Virus record (IMG/VR): IMGVR_UViG_2788500396_000001
Coordinates: 859-64,858 of that record
DNA length: 64,000 bases
Reading direction: 5' to 3' (one strand)
DNA from: a virus
Lineage: Duplodnaviria > Heunggongvirae > Uroviricota > Caudoviricetes
Position 1 is the first letter of the stretch, and each line of letters starts with the position of its first letter. The notes below the pieces were generated by a model. That model ran no database searches, was not told the DNA's origin, and saw only the letters and a program-made list of their open reading frames with translations. Below are positions 55,029 to 64,000 of the stretch, piece by piece. A program made the position numbers and the translations under genes.

Positions 55029-55952
55029 TTACACGCCAACCAGAGAGCTCAGCTTGTCAAGCATCTTATGGCCGTCCATGATCCGACCCCAGTTGTTTTC
55101 CCGATAGTTGGCCGTGTTGCGGAGCGGCTCAGAATGGGAAACCATATCGCTCATGGCGTTCACCACGCCCCAAGCAGTGTTCAGGAACTGAGCGATATCA
55201 GGCCGCCAGTAGCACACCATAAACTCATCCTTGGCTTTCTTTGCCATGGTCTTCTTTCTCTCGGAGTCATTCTCCTCGACCGGGAACATCTCGTTAAGGA
55301 TCTTATCCAGTTCCTCGTCGTTGATGGTCTTATTGGCCAGCTTGTCGGCATAGTCCCCAAGACCATCCATGTAAGCGTCAGCAAGCTGTAGACACATACG
55401 AGCCTCCTGCATCTTCTGCTCGATGTTGCCCGTATGGCGAGCAGACCACTGACGCTTCGCGGTATTCAGGGCCAGATTCAGGGTGTTGTTACATACAACC
55501 CGAATCGGAGTCATGCAAACCCGAATAGCTCCGGTTCCATCGTGCGTGTTGGAGAAACAGAGGTACGGCTCTACCGCATCGCCAGCAATCTTCCGCTCAG
55601 GCATCTTTGCCAGCAACCAAATCTTCTTGCCGCCTCTCAGGCTTCCCGCAGTCTCATACCGAACATCTCCGCCGATCAGCTCGTCGGTAAAGCTGAAAGC
55701 ATCTGCGTTCTGGACGATCTTGTAGGAATCGCTGACTACGCCGAGCACAGAACCGTCCGTGCTCCGGACATTCGCCTTGTAGTTCTCGATCTTGGAACCT
55801 CCGCACACCTGGATGTTCTTCTGCTGTACTTCCCAGTCAAGGCCAGCAAGACGAAGAGCATCCGCACTGGTAGGAGCCTCAGACACCTCAGTTCCCAGTC
55901 CGTGCCAGGGCTTCTCACGCACATACATCATAGTTTCCACATTAGCTGCCAT
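55029..55952 (-). CDS. DUF932-family protein (phage/plasmid-associated)
   Basis: SYKIVQNADAF and CFSNTHDGTGAIRV signature motifs. Confidence 0.6.
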   Translation of the reverse strand: MAANVETMMYVREKPWHGLGTEVSEAPTSADALRLAGLDWEVQQKNIQVCGGSKIENYKANVRSTDGSVLGVVSDSYKIVQNADAFSFTDELIGGDVRYETAGSLRGGKKIWLLAKMPERKIAGDAVEPYLCFSNTHDGTGAIRVCMTPIRVVCNNTLNLALNTAKRQWSARHTGNIEQKMQEARMCLQLADAYMDGLGDYADKLANKTINDEELDKILNEMFPVEENDSERKKTMAKKAKDEFMVCYWRPDIAQFLNTAWGVVNAMSDMVSHSEPLRNTANYRENNWGRIMDGHKMLDKLSSLVGV

Positions 55953-56005
55953 TTTATTTTCCTCCTTTTTTATTTAATGGCTTTTATATCTTTCATAAGT
56001 CAAAA

Positions 56006-56506
56006 TTATTTTGTTGTGTGTCCCCTCAGACAATCACCACAGAATTCCCATACTTCGTGTTCTCCCTCCATGGCAATAAACCTGAAGGTAGCGTATGTAG
56101 GATAATACTGGTCATCATCTGCACGGACGGAGTCACACGGCTCGCCAACTTGTGCAAGACTTGAGCTATAATAGGCAGGGGGGAGGAGGTCCATCAGATC
56201 CTGGACCACCTCACCATCAACCAAGTCAAACACAGCAAGCGCCCCGTATCCACGGAAGTCACCCTTAGTATAAACGTGCTTCCCTTTATGTGTTAACTCA
56301 ACCGGAAATTGTTCCGGGAATGCCGCTTTCATGATATCTTCTTCGTGCTCCAAAAACATCTCCCAGAGCTCGTTGCGACGTTGCGCGAGCAGACGCCGCA
56401 CTTCATCTCGAAGCGTGGTGGACTCCGGGTTGCAGTTCTGCGCCATAAGCACGAAGTCGTCATACGTGAGAGACGGAAGAAGCACCTCATGAATATCAAA
56501 CGACAT
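56006..56506 (-). CDS. hypothetical protein
   Basis: 166-aa ORF. Confidence 0.45.
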   Translation of the reverse strand: MSFDIHEVLLPSLTYDDFVLMAQNCNPESTTLRDEVRRLLAQRRNELWEMFLEHEEDIMKAAFPEQFPVELTHKGKHVYTKGDFRGYGALAVFDLVDGEVVQDLMDLLPPAYYSSSLAQVGEPCDSVRADDDQYYPTYATFRFIAMEGEHEVWEFCGDCLRGHTTK

Positions 56507-56518
56507 AACAAACCCTCC

Positions 56519-56758
56519 TTACATTACAATCCCGGACGAGATAAGAGCCCCCTCAATATAAGCAATAAATGCTTTCTGAGTAGCAATATCCCACAGTCCT
56601 CCGTGATCCACTCCATTGATCCGCAAAATCTGAATCGAGCGGCCGTAGAATTTCAAGCCAACCTCATGCCCGTCAACCAACCGGAGATGGTTATACCATT
56701 CTCCTTTATGATTGCGCAAATGGTCACGAACCTCTTTGATGAATTCTTTACTGGTCAT
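56519..56758 (-). CDS. hypothetical small protein
   Basis: 79-aa ORF. Confidence 0.4.
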   Translation of the reverse strand: MTSKEFIKEVRDHLRNHKGEWYNHLRLVDGHEVGLKFYGRSIQILRINGVDHGGLWDIATQKAFIAYIEGALISSGIVM

Positions 56759-57317
56759 ATGTATCTCTCCTAATCACTCCATGCGTCCAAGCACCAGTTC
56801 TGGCACCAATACTAGGCACTCGCTCCAGCAAACATAATTTCATCCCATCCAGATAACGCTGGAAGTGCTTTGCTTGAAGTCCTTCCAGACGACCATCATC
56901 AGACAAGTAGCCATCCTCATATGTATTGCCCTTTTGGAGGAGTTCGACCGCAAGAGACCATTCGTTGTCCTCTATGGCAATGTAAAACAGGCCGTTCTCC
57001 ATGATGACTCTGCGACAAAAGTCGCCATACCATCCGTTGCGAACCCAACGATATTTTTCCGTTCGCTGGAAACTAGGAAACATTCTGGTAAAACTGTCGA
57101 TAAAGCATTCAAGAATGTCTCCTTCTTCTTCCGTGGTTCCGACCTCGTCATAAATCCATTTCCCGGTATTGATGTCCGCGCTTCCAAGTTCCTTTAACAA
57201 TGTAGTCTCCGGCTCATCAGCGAAAGGATCGTCGCGACGGTATACATGAATGTCGTCGTTATCGATGTAGTAGAGCCCTTCGTATTTGCCAGAGACGCAA
57301 ACATTTCCACGTCCCAT
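56748..57317 (-). CDS. hypothetical protein
   Basis: 189-aa ORF. Confidence 0.45.
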   Translation of the reverse strand: MGRGNVCVSGKYEGLYYIDNDDIHVYRRDDPFADEPETTLLKELGSADINTGKWIYDEVGTTEEEGDILECFIDSFTRMFPSFQRTEKYRWVRNGWYGDFCRRVIMENGLFYIAIEDNEWSLAVELLQKGNTYEDGYLSDDGRLEGLQAKHFQRYLDGMKLCLLERVPSIGARTGAWTHGVIRRDTYDQ

Positions 57318-57330
57318 AAATATTCCTTTC

Positions 57331-57576
57331 TCAGAATGACCTGTAGTCGCCTATGGAGTAAAACCCGGACTTGCCGTATTCCTGCACCAATTCCCGGAAC
57401 AGGTCACAACAATCCCCGTACAGATCATCGTCCTGGGCAATGTCGTCAAAATCATCCACCGTGGCACAATCGGGCACCAGATAGATCCATCTTGCGTAGG
57501 CCTCCTCGTCGTTCATACTACACACCACAATGTGCATTGCCTTGATGAGTTGCATCCTGGATTCGTGAGTTCCCAT
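57331..57576 (-). CDS. hypothetical small protein
   Basis: Start moved to the internal ATG (MGTHESRMQ) so that it tiles with 57588..57926. Confidence 0.35.
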   Translation of the reverse strand: MGTHESRMQLIKAMHIVVCSMNDEEAYARWIYLVPDCATVDDFDDIAQDDDLYGDCCDLFRELVQEYGKSGFYSIGDYRSF

Positions 57577-57587
57577 AATAACCTCCT

Positions 57588-57926
57588 TTACACGTCCAAA
57601 GCTTTGTGATGATAAATCCATGTGCCGCCGGGAACATTGAAGTGTTCGATCCCAACAGTGAATGTCCGGCCAGTGCAATCATAAAGAGAGTTCGAATAGA
57701 TCCAGTTATCTTCTTCAAACTCTCTCCATGTATCTTCGCTGAAGTGGTAGGGGACAAAGCATTTCTCAGTCCAGCTATCTTCGTTTTGAAATGCTGTCCG
57801 CCAAACTGGTTCCTTATACTCCGGAGTCTTCGCTTTTGCCTGAGACAGAAAGCGTTTTCCCCACATCGGATCGACACCATAGAAAATGGCGTATACTTCC
57901 CAATCCTTCCTTGATAAAATCTTCAT
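57588..57926 (-). CDS. hypothetical protein
   Basis: 112-aa ORF, Trp-rich. Preferred over the overlapping 57518..57880 ORF. Confidence 0.4.
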   Translation of the reverse strand: MKILSRKDWEVYAIFYGVDPMWGKRFLSQAKAKTPEYKEPVWRTAFQNEDSWTEKCFVPYHFSEDTWREFEEDNWIYSNSLYDCTGRTFTVGIEHFNVPGGTWIYHHKALDV

Positions 57927-57992
57927 GATAAAAGTCTCCTTTTATTGTCTTAAATCTGGGGTGCGGCGTTTGAAGGCACGCCGCCCAGGGCC

Positions 57993-58181
57993 TTATTCTT
58001 CGGGAAGCTCCTCAAATTTCATATTCTCCATCCTTTCGAGCCACTCAATACCAGTTTCATACTCAATCCGGTTGATAGTTGATCCTCTATTGCCGTCTAC
58101 AGAGTTTTCTTTGTTGAGAGTGTAAACAAGGCCTGGAGTAAAGTAATACCCGTCTCCTTTGATGCAACGAAAGCGTCTCAC
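57993..58181 (-). CDS. hypothetical small protein
   Basis: 62-aa ORF. Confidence 0.3.
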   Translation of the reverse strand: MRRFRCIKGDGYYFTPGLVYTLNKENSVDGNRGSTINRIEYETGIEWLERMENMKFEELPEE

Positions 58182-59113
58182 AGAGGATCACCACCTTCAA
58201 ATTCAGATTGATAAAGGAGGAGAATAGAACTATCTCCCATCTCATAACGAAAATATTCCAGCTCCTCCGTAGTGTAATAGCTAAGAAGAGCAATGTATTC
58301 GCTTCTGATTTCTTCCGGAATGTCCGATAAGGAAATTGTGCCATCGAAATTCGTGGCAGAGTTTTTATAATCGTTCCACGACCAAACCGTTCTTTCGGCC
58401 TCAATGTATTCAAAATGCGGCACATCGTCAGACAAAGACTCAGCAACAATGCCCACCACCTTTTCGATGGTGTTGTTCATGTGATCTATGTTGATGTACT
58501 CGTGCAAAGTATGGGCGTTGTAATACCCACAGGACAGATTGACTGCCGCCACACCAAGATCTGGAGCCACATAAGAGATATCGCTAAACGACCCGATGCT
58601 CGTTTTGAACCCTTTATCCACGATGTAGGATTCAAAATCCATGTTGTCACAGTCATAAAAGACTGCATCATTACTGCCCTTCCGGTCCAGTTCGATGATC
58701 ATTTTGATGGAGCTAAGTTCCTCCGGAATATTGCCTTGGGCCAACCCTCTACAGAAAGCCAAGGCTCCATAACCACCGATTTCCTCGTCACATGTAAACA
58801 GGAGCCAAGGTTTTACGACGGATTGCTCATAGATCTCCAGAAGAGAAAACACGCCGCAACGATCATCGCCTCCAACTCCTTCGGGAGACATCAGAATCGT
58901 TCCGTACTTCGAATAGCAGATTGTTTCCACGGGTTTGTCATGAACTGTATCAAGGTGCGCTACGAGCAATACCGGAGCTTCCCCAGTGATAAGCAGATAT
59001 TCCTTCTCGGCAATCGCAATATGCTCACTAAACAAGGTTTTGAGCATATCATACAACTGGTGTTGTGTCGCTCTGAGGATATCTTCAAAATGCAAGCGTC
59101 CAGAGTTCATCAT
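58178..59113 (-). CDS. M20/M28-type zinc metallopeptidase-like protein
   Basis: LVAHLDTVH, GGDDRCG, TCDEEIGGYGA metal-ligand motifs. Confidence 0.55.
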   Translation of the reverse strand: MMNSGRLHFEDILRATQHQLYDMLKTLFSEHIAIAEKEYLLITGEAPVLLVAHLDTVHDKPVETICYSKYGTILMSPEGVGGDDRCGVFSLLEIYEQSVVKPWLLFTCDEEIGGYGALAFCRGLAQGNIPEELSSIKMIIELDRKGSNDAVFYDCDNMDFESYIVDKGFKTSIGSFSDISYVAPDLGVAAVNLSCGYYNAHTLHEYINIDHMNNTIEKVVGIVAESLSDDVPHFEYIEAERTVWSWNDYKNSATNFDGTISLSDIPEEIRSEYIALLSYYTTEELEYFRYEMGDSSILLLYQSEFEGGDPL

Positions 59114-60689
59114 CAGAAACCTCCTGTTTGGTTAAAGTAAAAGTAGGTGCCTTATAGCCACAGACGGGGCATGCACCATCATTATGATCATGATACATCC
59201 CACAAGACGGACACACCTTAAAGCGAGATGTATGCTCAGCACATACCCATTCGACACGGTCCCCAATGACTACACGAACCATCTGGTTTTTCATATGAAG
59301 GGTTCCACAGATTGCGCAGGTACGAGTGTGCCGCTCATGGCATTCTCTGCACAGATTCTGCCCATTGAGAACAACAATTTCGGACTGAAGATGCCACGTT
59401 CCGCAATATTGGCACTGAACATAGTGCTCTCTCAAGCAGTTGTTGCATACACGTATCCACTGACCGTTTGCATTCAACACCTCATACGCCTCTTCGCAAC
59501 CTTCACCGCAAAGGTCACAATGATATGGCATAGGCATATGCTTATCGCAATACATATTGCTGTTGATAGGACCTCCGCACACAACACACAGTCCAGCTTC
59601 CCCAATGCACAACGGCTCAGGATGATCAGCGTCGCTTCGGATACTGATATGGCCATCAAACTCACCGTAGATCCAGTCCTGATATCCTCCAAAATCCCTA
59701 TCAGCATAAACATAATCTTCATACTTGGAGGAATAAGACGGGCCAGTTGTCCAAAGATTATCTGCCCCCTCAAGGTCAGAAATTTCTCTCTGGATCAAAT
59801 CCCTGTAAACGGACGACTCTTCCGCTGCTCCATAAACACCTCCAGAAGTGTTATACATACGACTCTGGAGAAGAAGTCCAGAACCGGGGCGATATGCAAA
59901 AATCTGTCTGGAGGTTTTACGGTTATTGAGAAGTTCGGGGTTGTTGGGATCGTCTACCGTAAAGACGATAAAGCTCACCGCGTCTCTGGCATAGCCGCAA
60001 CAACCGTTATTGTAGCTATACTCAGTGGAGTTCAAAGAGTGGCAACTAGTCAAACACTTCCCCCGGACATCTTCTTTGGGATTGCTCATCGTGAGAAGGT
60101 GGGCCGGGTTGATGGACACAAACAGCTTGAAATCAATCTTCTTAGAATTGATTTCGTCAGCGAACATAGCAAATAGCCGCTGAAAATCACTTCCTGCTGT
60201 CTCATCCGCTACGCCGAGCTCATTGCAGAATGCTCTAAAAACTCGGCTCACCTTCTTGCCGGGAGCATATGCTTTCGGCGCGAGAAATCTAATGGCCTGC
60301 AGACCTCCAGCGTCGGATGCCTGCTCTTCACTCGACGAACAAAACCACGAAATTGCATCGCGCAACTGATACCAACGATCATCAAGATCAAATTCGCGGA
60401 ATTTGTCATCCACAATGTCGCACGCAATGTGGTACGCCCGTTCATAATTAGGCTCTTTGGTGCGATTACCATTGATGACGATGGCATCAAGCTCAGGATG
60501 CCATGCCGGCGACTTGCTAAACAGTTCGCGCAATCCCTGCTTTGCATAGCTGCTATCTTCCGCCAGCTTATGGATGAACTCATCCGTGATGTCCTCCAGA
60601 ACGGTATGTTGCGTGGTGTGGCGGTCATAATCCGCAATCGCGTTCCGGATATTCTGCTCGGCCCGCGCAACAATCTCTTCCATACTCAT
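59085..60689 (-). CDS. large hypothetical protein with C-terminal multi-CxxC zinc-finger array
   Basis: The ATG at 60689 has AAAAGGAGTG 7 nt upstream. The C-terminal roughly 150 aa hold at least 8 CxxC pairs. Confidence 0.5.
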   Translation of the reverse strand: MSMEEIVARAEQNIRNAIADYDRHTTQHTVLEDITDEFIHKLAEDSSYAKQGLRELFSKSPAWHPELDAIVINGNRTKEPNYERAYHIACDIVDDKFREFDLDDRWYQLRDAISWFCSSSEEQASDAGGLQAIRFLAPKAYAPGKKVSRVFRAFCNELGVADETAGSDFQRLFAMFADEINSKKIDFKLFVSINPAHLLTMSNPKEDVRGKCLTSCHSLNSTEYSYNNGCCGYARDAVSFIVFTVDDPNNPELLNNRKTSRQIFAYRPGSGLLLQSRMYNTSGGVYGAAEESSVYRDLIQREISDLEGADNLWTTGPSYSSKYEDYVYADRDFGGYQDWIYGEFDGHISIRSDADHPEPLCIGEAGLCVVCGGPINSNMYCDKHMPMPYHCDLCGEGCEEAYEVLNANGQWIRVCNNCLREHYVQCQYCGTWHLQSEIVVLNGQNLCRECHERHTRTCAICGTLHMKNQMVRVVIGDRVEWVCAEHTSRFKVCPSCGMYHDHNDGACPVCGYKAPTFTLTKQEVSDDELWTLAF

Positions 60690-60705
60690 AAATACACACT
60701 CCTTT

Positions 60706-60894
60706 TTAATCCCAGTCGCGGGGATAGGGGACCTTAATGCTAGGCTGATCAACGACGGCCAAATCGAGGTCAGAAACCTGACCTCTGGAACAGAGCTCAT
60801 CAATCAGGCGGTCTGCGAAAGCCTCCATGCGCTCATAAAGAGCCGTACCAACGAAGCGGTTGCAGGGCATAGAATCACTGAGCGGGATAAACAT
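60706..60894 (-). CDS. hypothetical small protein
   Basis: 62-aa ORF. Confidence 0.3.
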   Translation of the reverse strand: MFIPLSDSMPCNRFVGTALYERMEAFADRLIDELCSRGQVSDLDLAVVDQPSIKVPYPRDWD

Positions 60895-60959
60895 ATGTAT
60901 TCCTCCTTGTTTTTTTATGTCTGGAATGGGGCGTTTAAAGGCACACCCCTTAGAGCCTA

Positions 60960-61481
60960 TTACTCGTTTGCTTCGGAATCTTGCGCCGCTTCAGCCGCCT
61001 GCGTGGCCTCCCACTCCTTGCGCCAACGCTCGGATTCCTCATAGTCATGCTTGCGGCGGATAGTCATAGACGTATCGAGTTTTTCGAGCATTTCCCTCTG
61101 GGCATTGCTGGTCTTGACGAGAGCATACAGAGCGGATTCATAGATGTACTGCCCGTTCTCGTCGGTGGCATAACCGCCATTGTCGGTGTGGACGTGGAAC
61201 TTAACCGGGATAACGTCCGGGAGAGCGCATCCCTGTCTGTATTTAGTGGCTTCGACAAGCAGGGCGTCCGCTTCCGCTTCGTCAAGGTCACAACGCTCGA
61301 TGACCTGGACGCTCCGGTGAGAATCCTCACACCGAACAGCCGCATTCCAGTCATCATACTGGGCTCCACACTTCTCACAAACATAAATCTGCTTCATGTT
61401 GTCCTCCTTTGTTGTATCACAAAATTTATCGGTGTTAAACGTCAATGGACAAGGATATCCATCCAGTTGGGGAGTGCGCAC
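60960..61481 (-). CDS. hypothetical protein
   Basis: 173 aa, CEKCG...C zinc ribbon, acidic C-terminus. Confidence 0.45.
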   Translation of the reverse strand: MRTPQLDGYPCPLTFNTDKFCDTTKEDNMKQIYVCEKCGAQYDDWNAAVRCEDSHRSVQVIERCDLDEAEADALLVEATKYRQGCALPDVIPVKFHVHTDNGGYATDENGQYIYESALYALVKTSNAQREMLEKLDTSMTIRRKHDYEESERWRKEWEATQAAEAAQDSEANE

Positions 61482-61573
61482 GCAACCACAAAAACCCCGA
61501 TAAGGACGATGGCTGCATAGATGGTGTCGCGGGTTTTGGCCGCCTGACGACGCTGTTCTCTCGTCTTAGACAT
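61442..61573 (-). CDS. small membrane protein (43 aa)
   Basis: MSKTREQRRQAAKTRDTIYAAIVLIGVFVVACALP, from the internal ATG. Confidence 0.3.
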   Translation of the reverse strand: MSKTREQRRQAAKTRDTIYAAIVLIGVFVVACALPNWMDILVH

Positions 61574-61589
61574 AAGATTTTCCTCCTGT

Positions 61590-61904
61590 TTAATCGAAAA
61601 GATTGATAACTGTTTCTGTTTCAACATCTTTTGTCTCATCCAGAAAATCGTCATCGGATTTTTGAATCTGAACAACCTCACCGTTATGCATGGTGACATA
61701 CACAGAATCGTCGCAATCCACACCGTACTGGTCTTTGTTTACGACAATGGCATATCCGGCGTCTGTCCCAATGACAGCCCAATGATCGGCGGAGCTGTCT
61801 ATGGCTGCGTCGTACACATATCCTTTTTGGATATGGGGAGCGTTGCAGGCGCAAGCGGAACAAACCACCATCAAAACCGCGAAAAAGCAAATCATTTTCT
61901 TCAT
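61590..61904 (-). CDS. secreted protein/lipoprotein
   Basis: The ATG at 61904 has GAGGTG 6 nt upstream. Signal peptide MKKMICFFAVLMVVCSACA. Confidence 0.5.
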   Translation of the reverse strand: MKKMICFFAVLMVVCSACACNAPHIQKGYVYDAAIDSSADHWAVIGTDAGYAIVVNKDQYGVDCDDSVYVTMHNGEVVQIQKSDDDFLDETKDVETETVINLFD

Positions 61905-61930
61905 TGTTTTCACCTCATAGCTATAAAAAT

Positions 61931-61987
61931 AGCCCGCATTAACTGCGGGCTTATGGGCATAAAAATAGCCCGCCTAAACGGCGGGCT
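61931..61987 (-). terminator. tandem pair of intrinsic terminators (AGCCCGC-N5/6-GCGGGCT + TATTTTTAT), 36-bp unit duplicated
   Basis: Unit 1 hairpin 61931-61952, unit 2 hairpin 61967-61987. On the minus strand both are followed by U-runs. They separate the leftward genes from the plus-strand gene at 62074. Confidence 0.55.
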
Positions 61988-62011
61988 TGTGTGTATGAAA
62001 TTATTCTTTTA

Positions 62012-62040
62012 TCGACAAAAACAAAAAATAGATATATAAT
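62012..62040 (+). promoter_or_regulatory. sigma70-like promoter TCGACA-17-TATAAT
   Basis: Upstream of the RBS AAAAGGAGA and the ATG at 62074. Confidence 0.5.
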
Positions 62041-62073
62041 TAGGGCGGCTCTGGTAAACAAAAGGAGATTGGT

Positions 62074-62328
62074 ATGGCTGCTTGTTCTTGTTGCGGGTCT
62101 GATAAGGAAGTATCTGATATCGAGTTGACGAAAGGGAAATTTTCTCTCTGCGCAACGTGTTATCAGGAACTTGATAAAAAGATCACCAACATTTGCGTTG
62201 GGAAAATTATGCAAATGAGGAGAATGGGCTTATCCCAAAAAGAAGCGATTGAAGCTGTTTTTGGCTCCCATGAAGCAGATATAATTCTTGCTACGGATGC
62301 AGAATTCAATAAAATGATTTACAGATAA
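62074..62328 (+). CDS. hypothetical small Cys-rich protein
   Basis: 84 aa, CSCCG...CATC. Plus-strand, own promoter. Confidence 0.5.
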   Translation: MAACSCCGSDKEVSDIELTKGKFSLCATCYQELDKKITNICVGKIMQMRRMGLSQKEAIEAVFGSHEADIILATDAEFNKMIYR

Positions 62329-62432
62329 ATAACAGTTTGCCAGAGCCACTTATTCTTCCGACCTCTCTACGGGCGTTTTGAGATCGAGTCGGTAGCACTT
62401 CCAGAGGGCTTCTAAAATAAGTGCATTGACGC

Positions 62433-62660
62433 TCATTCTTTGGTATGAAGGTCTAGCCCGTACTGTTTTTCAAGGGCAAGCACAATCATGCGGGAGACAG
62501 ACAGCTTCCCTTGGGAGTCTCGGATATCACGGATTTCGGCCTCTTGTTTGAGTAATTCCTTTTTCCCTTTGGGAATTTTAAATAGGACTTGGTCATAATT
62601 CTCTTTAGTGTAGTTAGACGTGTATGAATTATGATTATGAGCCATAATACGCCCCTCCAA
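62433..62660 (-). CDS. hypothetical small protein (possible RHH-like)
   Basis: 75-aa ORF. Confidence 0.35.
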   Translation of the reverse strand: MEGRIMAHNHNSYTSNYTKENYDQVLFKIPKGKKELLKQEAEIRDIRDSQGKLSVSRMIVLALEKQYGLDLHTKE

Positions 62661-62771
62661 TACATAGATATGTATGGATTATAGCGTATCTTGGCCTCAG
62701 CTTCAAGGCCTTATGTGTGAACAATCTGGCCTTCACTCCAACCGCCCATAAACTGGGCGGCTGGGTCAGGG

Positions 62772-63125
62772 TCAGAGCATGGCCTCTGCGGACAAAGGAA
62801 GAATAAGGTCAGTTGAGAACTGAAACATCTCCATGGGTTTCCCACACAGTCCGGCTTCCCTCATTGCCTTTTTGATGGCTTTATTCTCGGTTCTGGCCGC
62901 AATGACATTCCCCCATAGATTAACGCCATTGTCTGCACGGAAGATTTCTACAAAATACAGCTTGTTATGCCTCACCGTGCGGCTTCCGGCCTTAGAGTGC
63001 TCTGCCACAGTAACAGTATACCCGGCTGAGCGCAGATCATCTGCCAGCTTGATGGCAGACTCCATGCTGTGCTTCCACGTGGTCTGGGCAGTTCCAGCCT
63101 TGCTGTACACGATCTGATACCGCAC
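62772..63125 (-). CDS. hypothetical protein
   Basis: 117-aa ORF. Confidence 0.45.
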   Translation of the reverse strand: MRYQIVYSKAGTAQTTWKHSMESAIKLADDLRSAGYTVTVAEHSKAGSRTVRHNKLYFVEIFRADNGVNLWGNVIAARTENKAIKKAMREAGLCGKPMEMFQFSTDLILPLSAEAML

Positions 63126-63139
63126 CTACAACCACCTCC

Positions 63140-63331
63140 TTACATAGCTGCGGACAGGGTGGTGTTATCGCAGGGCTTGCCGGGGTTGCCCTGGCAGACG
63201 AACAGGTTAGTGCCGGGTACGTTGGTCATGATACCACCGCACTTCTTGCACACCTTGTTCCGGACGTGTGCGGGCTTGGGGGCCTCCACGCCATAGGTCT
63301 TGGCCAGTTCGTTCATAGTGACAGTTTTCAT
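63140..63331 (-). CDS. small zinc-ribbon protein, paralog of 52945..53136
   Basis: Start moved to the internal ATG (MKTVTMNELAKTYGV). CKKCGG...CQGNPGKPC. Confidence 0.5.
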   Translation of the reverse strand: MKTVTMNELAKTYGVEAPKPAHVRNKVCKKCGGIMTNVPGTNLFVCQGNPGKPCDNTTLSAAM

Positions 63332-63387
63332 AGTAATACCTCCAGATTTGTTATGTAATAAGAAAATCCGCCTCTTGGCGGCTTCAC

Positions 63388-63603
63388 TTAACAGGCAGGG
63401 GCGATACCGACAATGCGGTGCCATACCAATCCGGCGTCAAGGAACGCCTTCTTGGCCAGTTCGGTGGAAGTGGTACGGATGGACCAAATAGGAACCGCTC
63501 CGCCTACGGTTTCCTCATAGACCACAAGATACTCCCGCTCTACGGGTTCAGGGCGCTGCTGAGGCTTCTTGGCCTTGTGGAAGCGCTTCATAAATCTAAA
63601 CAT
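63388..63603 (-). CDS. hypothetical small basic protein
   Basis: GC-rich. Start likely the internal ATG (MFRFMKRF). Confidence 0.3.
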   Translation of the reverse strand: MFRFMKRFHKAKKPQQRPEPVEREYLVVYEETVGGAVPIWSIRTTSTELAKKAFLDAGLVWHRIVGIAPAC

Positions 63604-63750
63604 AATCTTGCCTCCGTTCTTAAAAATGGGTGCAAAGGGCCCTGGGCATATTTTTGGTTCGCACAATTCGCCGTCTGAGACGTTTCCAGCTCCGCCACGT
63701 GGAGGCTTGTGCATGGAGCCATAGCCGCCCTGGTTGGGCGGCTGCGTCGG

Positions 63751-63984
63751 TTAGGCGACGTTGGTTGCCTTGGTGGAACCATTGGGGCTGAGGATCTGCT
63801 CAGCCTCGGCTCGCTCGGGGATCTTGGAGGTCTTTTCCTCCTGGGCGGGAGTCTGGTTGGACTCCTTGGCCTTGTGACACAGGGCCTTGGAGTTGACAGT
63901 GTAGGCCTTGCCAGCCATACGGATACGCATAGAGCCGAAGATCTGGTTGAGGACCTTCTTCTCCGCCGCCGTGGTGAACTCCAT
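63751..63984 (-). CDS. hypothetical protein (may extend beyond window edge)
   Basis: 77-aa ORF in a GC-rich segment at the window end. Confidence 0.3.
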   Translation of the reverse strand: MEFTTAAEKKVLNQIFGSMRIRMAGKAYTVNSKALCHKAKESNQTPAQEEKTSKIPERAEAEQILSPNGSTKATNVA

Positions 63985-64000
63985 GAACTTCTCGGTCTGG

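Noticed and set aside
57518-57880. 120-aa ORF 57518..57880
   Set aside because: It overlaps 57588..57926 almost fully. Its translation looks non-protein-like (Arg/Leu/Gly-rich).
61923-61994. CRISPR array or direct-repeat cluster
   Set aside because: Only two palindromic units with no spacer architecture. They are better explained as terminators. No CRISPR-like repeats were seen elsewhere in the window.

Overview
This window looks like a continuous stretch of a large dsDNA phage or prophage from a low-GC Firmicutes-type host. The backbone is about 40% GC, RBSs are AGGAGG-like, and all tRNAs carry an encoded CCA. Nearly every gene is on the minus strand and tightly packed, and a few self-contained plus-strand genes carry their own promoters or terminators. 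Reading from low to high coordinates, the content is:

- **Nucleotide metabolism block (about 450-6200).** It holds dUTPase, a class II ribonucleotide reductase interrupted by a LAGLIDADG intein, a guanylate-kinase-like dNMP kinase, DHFR, and a thymidylate synthase whose body is anomalously GC-rich.
- **DNA and cell-wall functions.** There is a DNA C5-methyltransferase with circularly permuted motif order and a SleB-like cell-wall hydrolase.
- **RNA-repair cluster (about 8263-22740).** It encodes a Pnkp-like kinase/metallophosphatase/ligase protein, a vWA protein, an HD hydrolase, an array of 12 tRNA genes invaded by an HNH homing endonuclease, a CCA-adding enzyme, a Pol-beta-type nucleotidyltransferase, a radical-SAM enzyme and a metallophosphoesterase. 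Further on (about 32520-34760) lie a Thg1-like 3'-5' polymerase, a macro-domain protein and a HAD phosphatase. One tRNA is a long-variable-arm (type II) species with an apparent UAU anticodon.
- **Accessory and mobile content.** There is a duplicated two-gene Cys-rich cassette, a second radical-SAM enzyme and a PAPS-reductase-like PP-loop protein. An SPFH protein and a GC-rich IS200/IS605-family TnpB insertion are also present. The TnpB insertion abuts a tyrosine integrase that is co-transcribed with a MazF/EndoA-like toxin.
- **Right end.** It is GC-mosaic and carries a ParB-like nuclease, a DUF932 protein, an M20-type peptidase and many small hypothetical ORFs.

No CRISPR array and no rRNA were found. 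All calls rest on motif-level reading of the translations and sequence, not on database searches.
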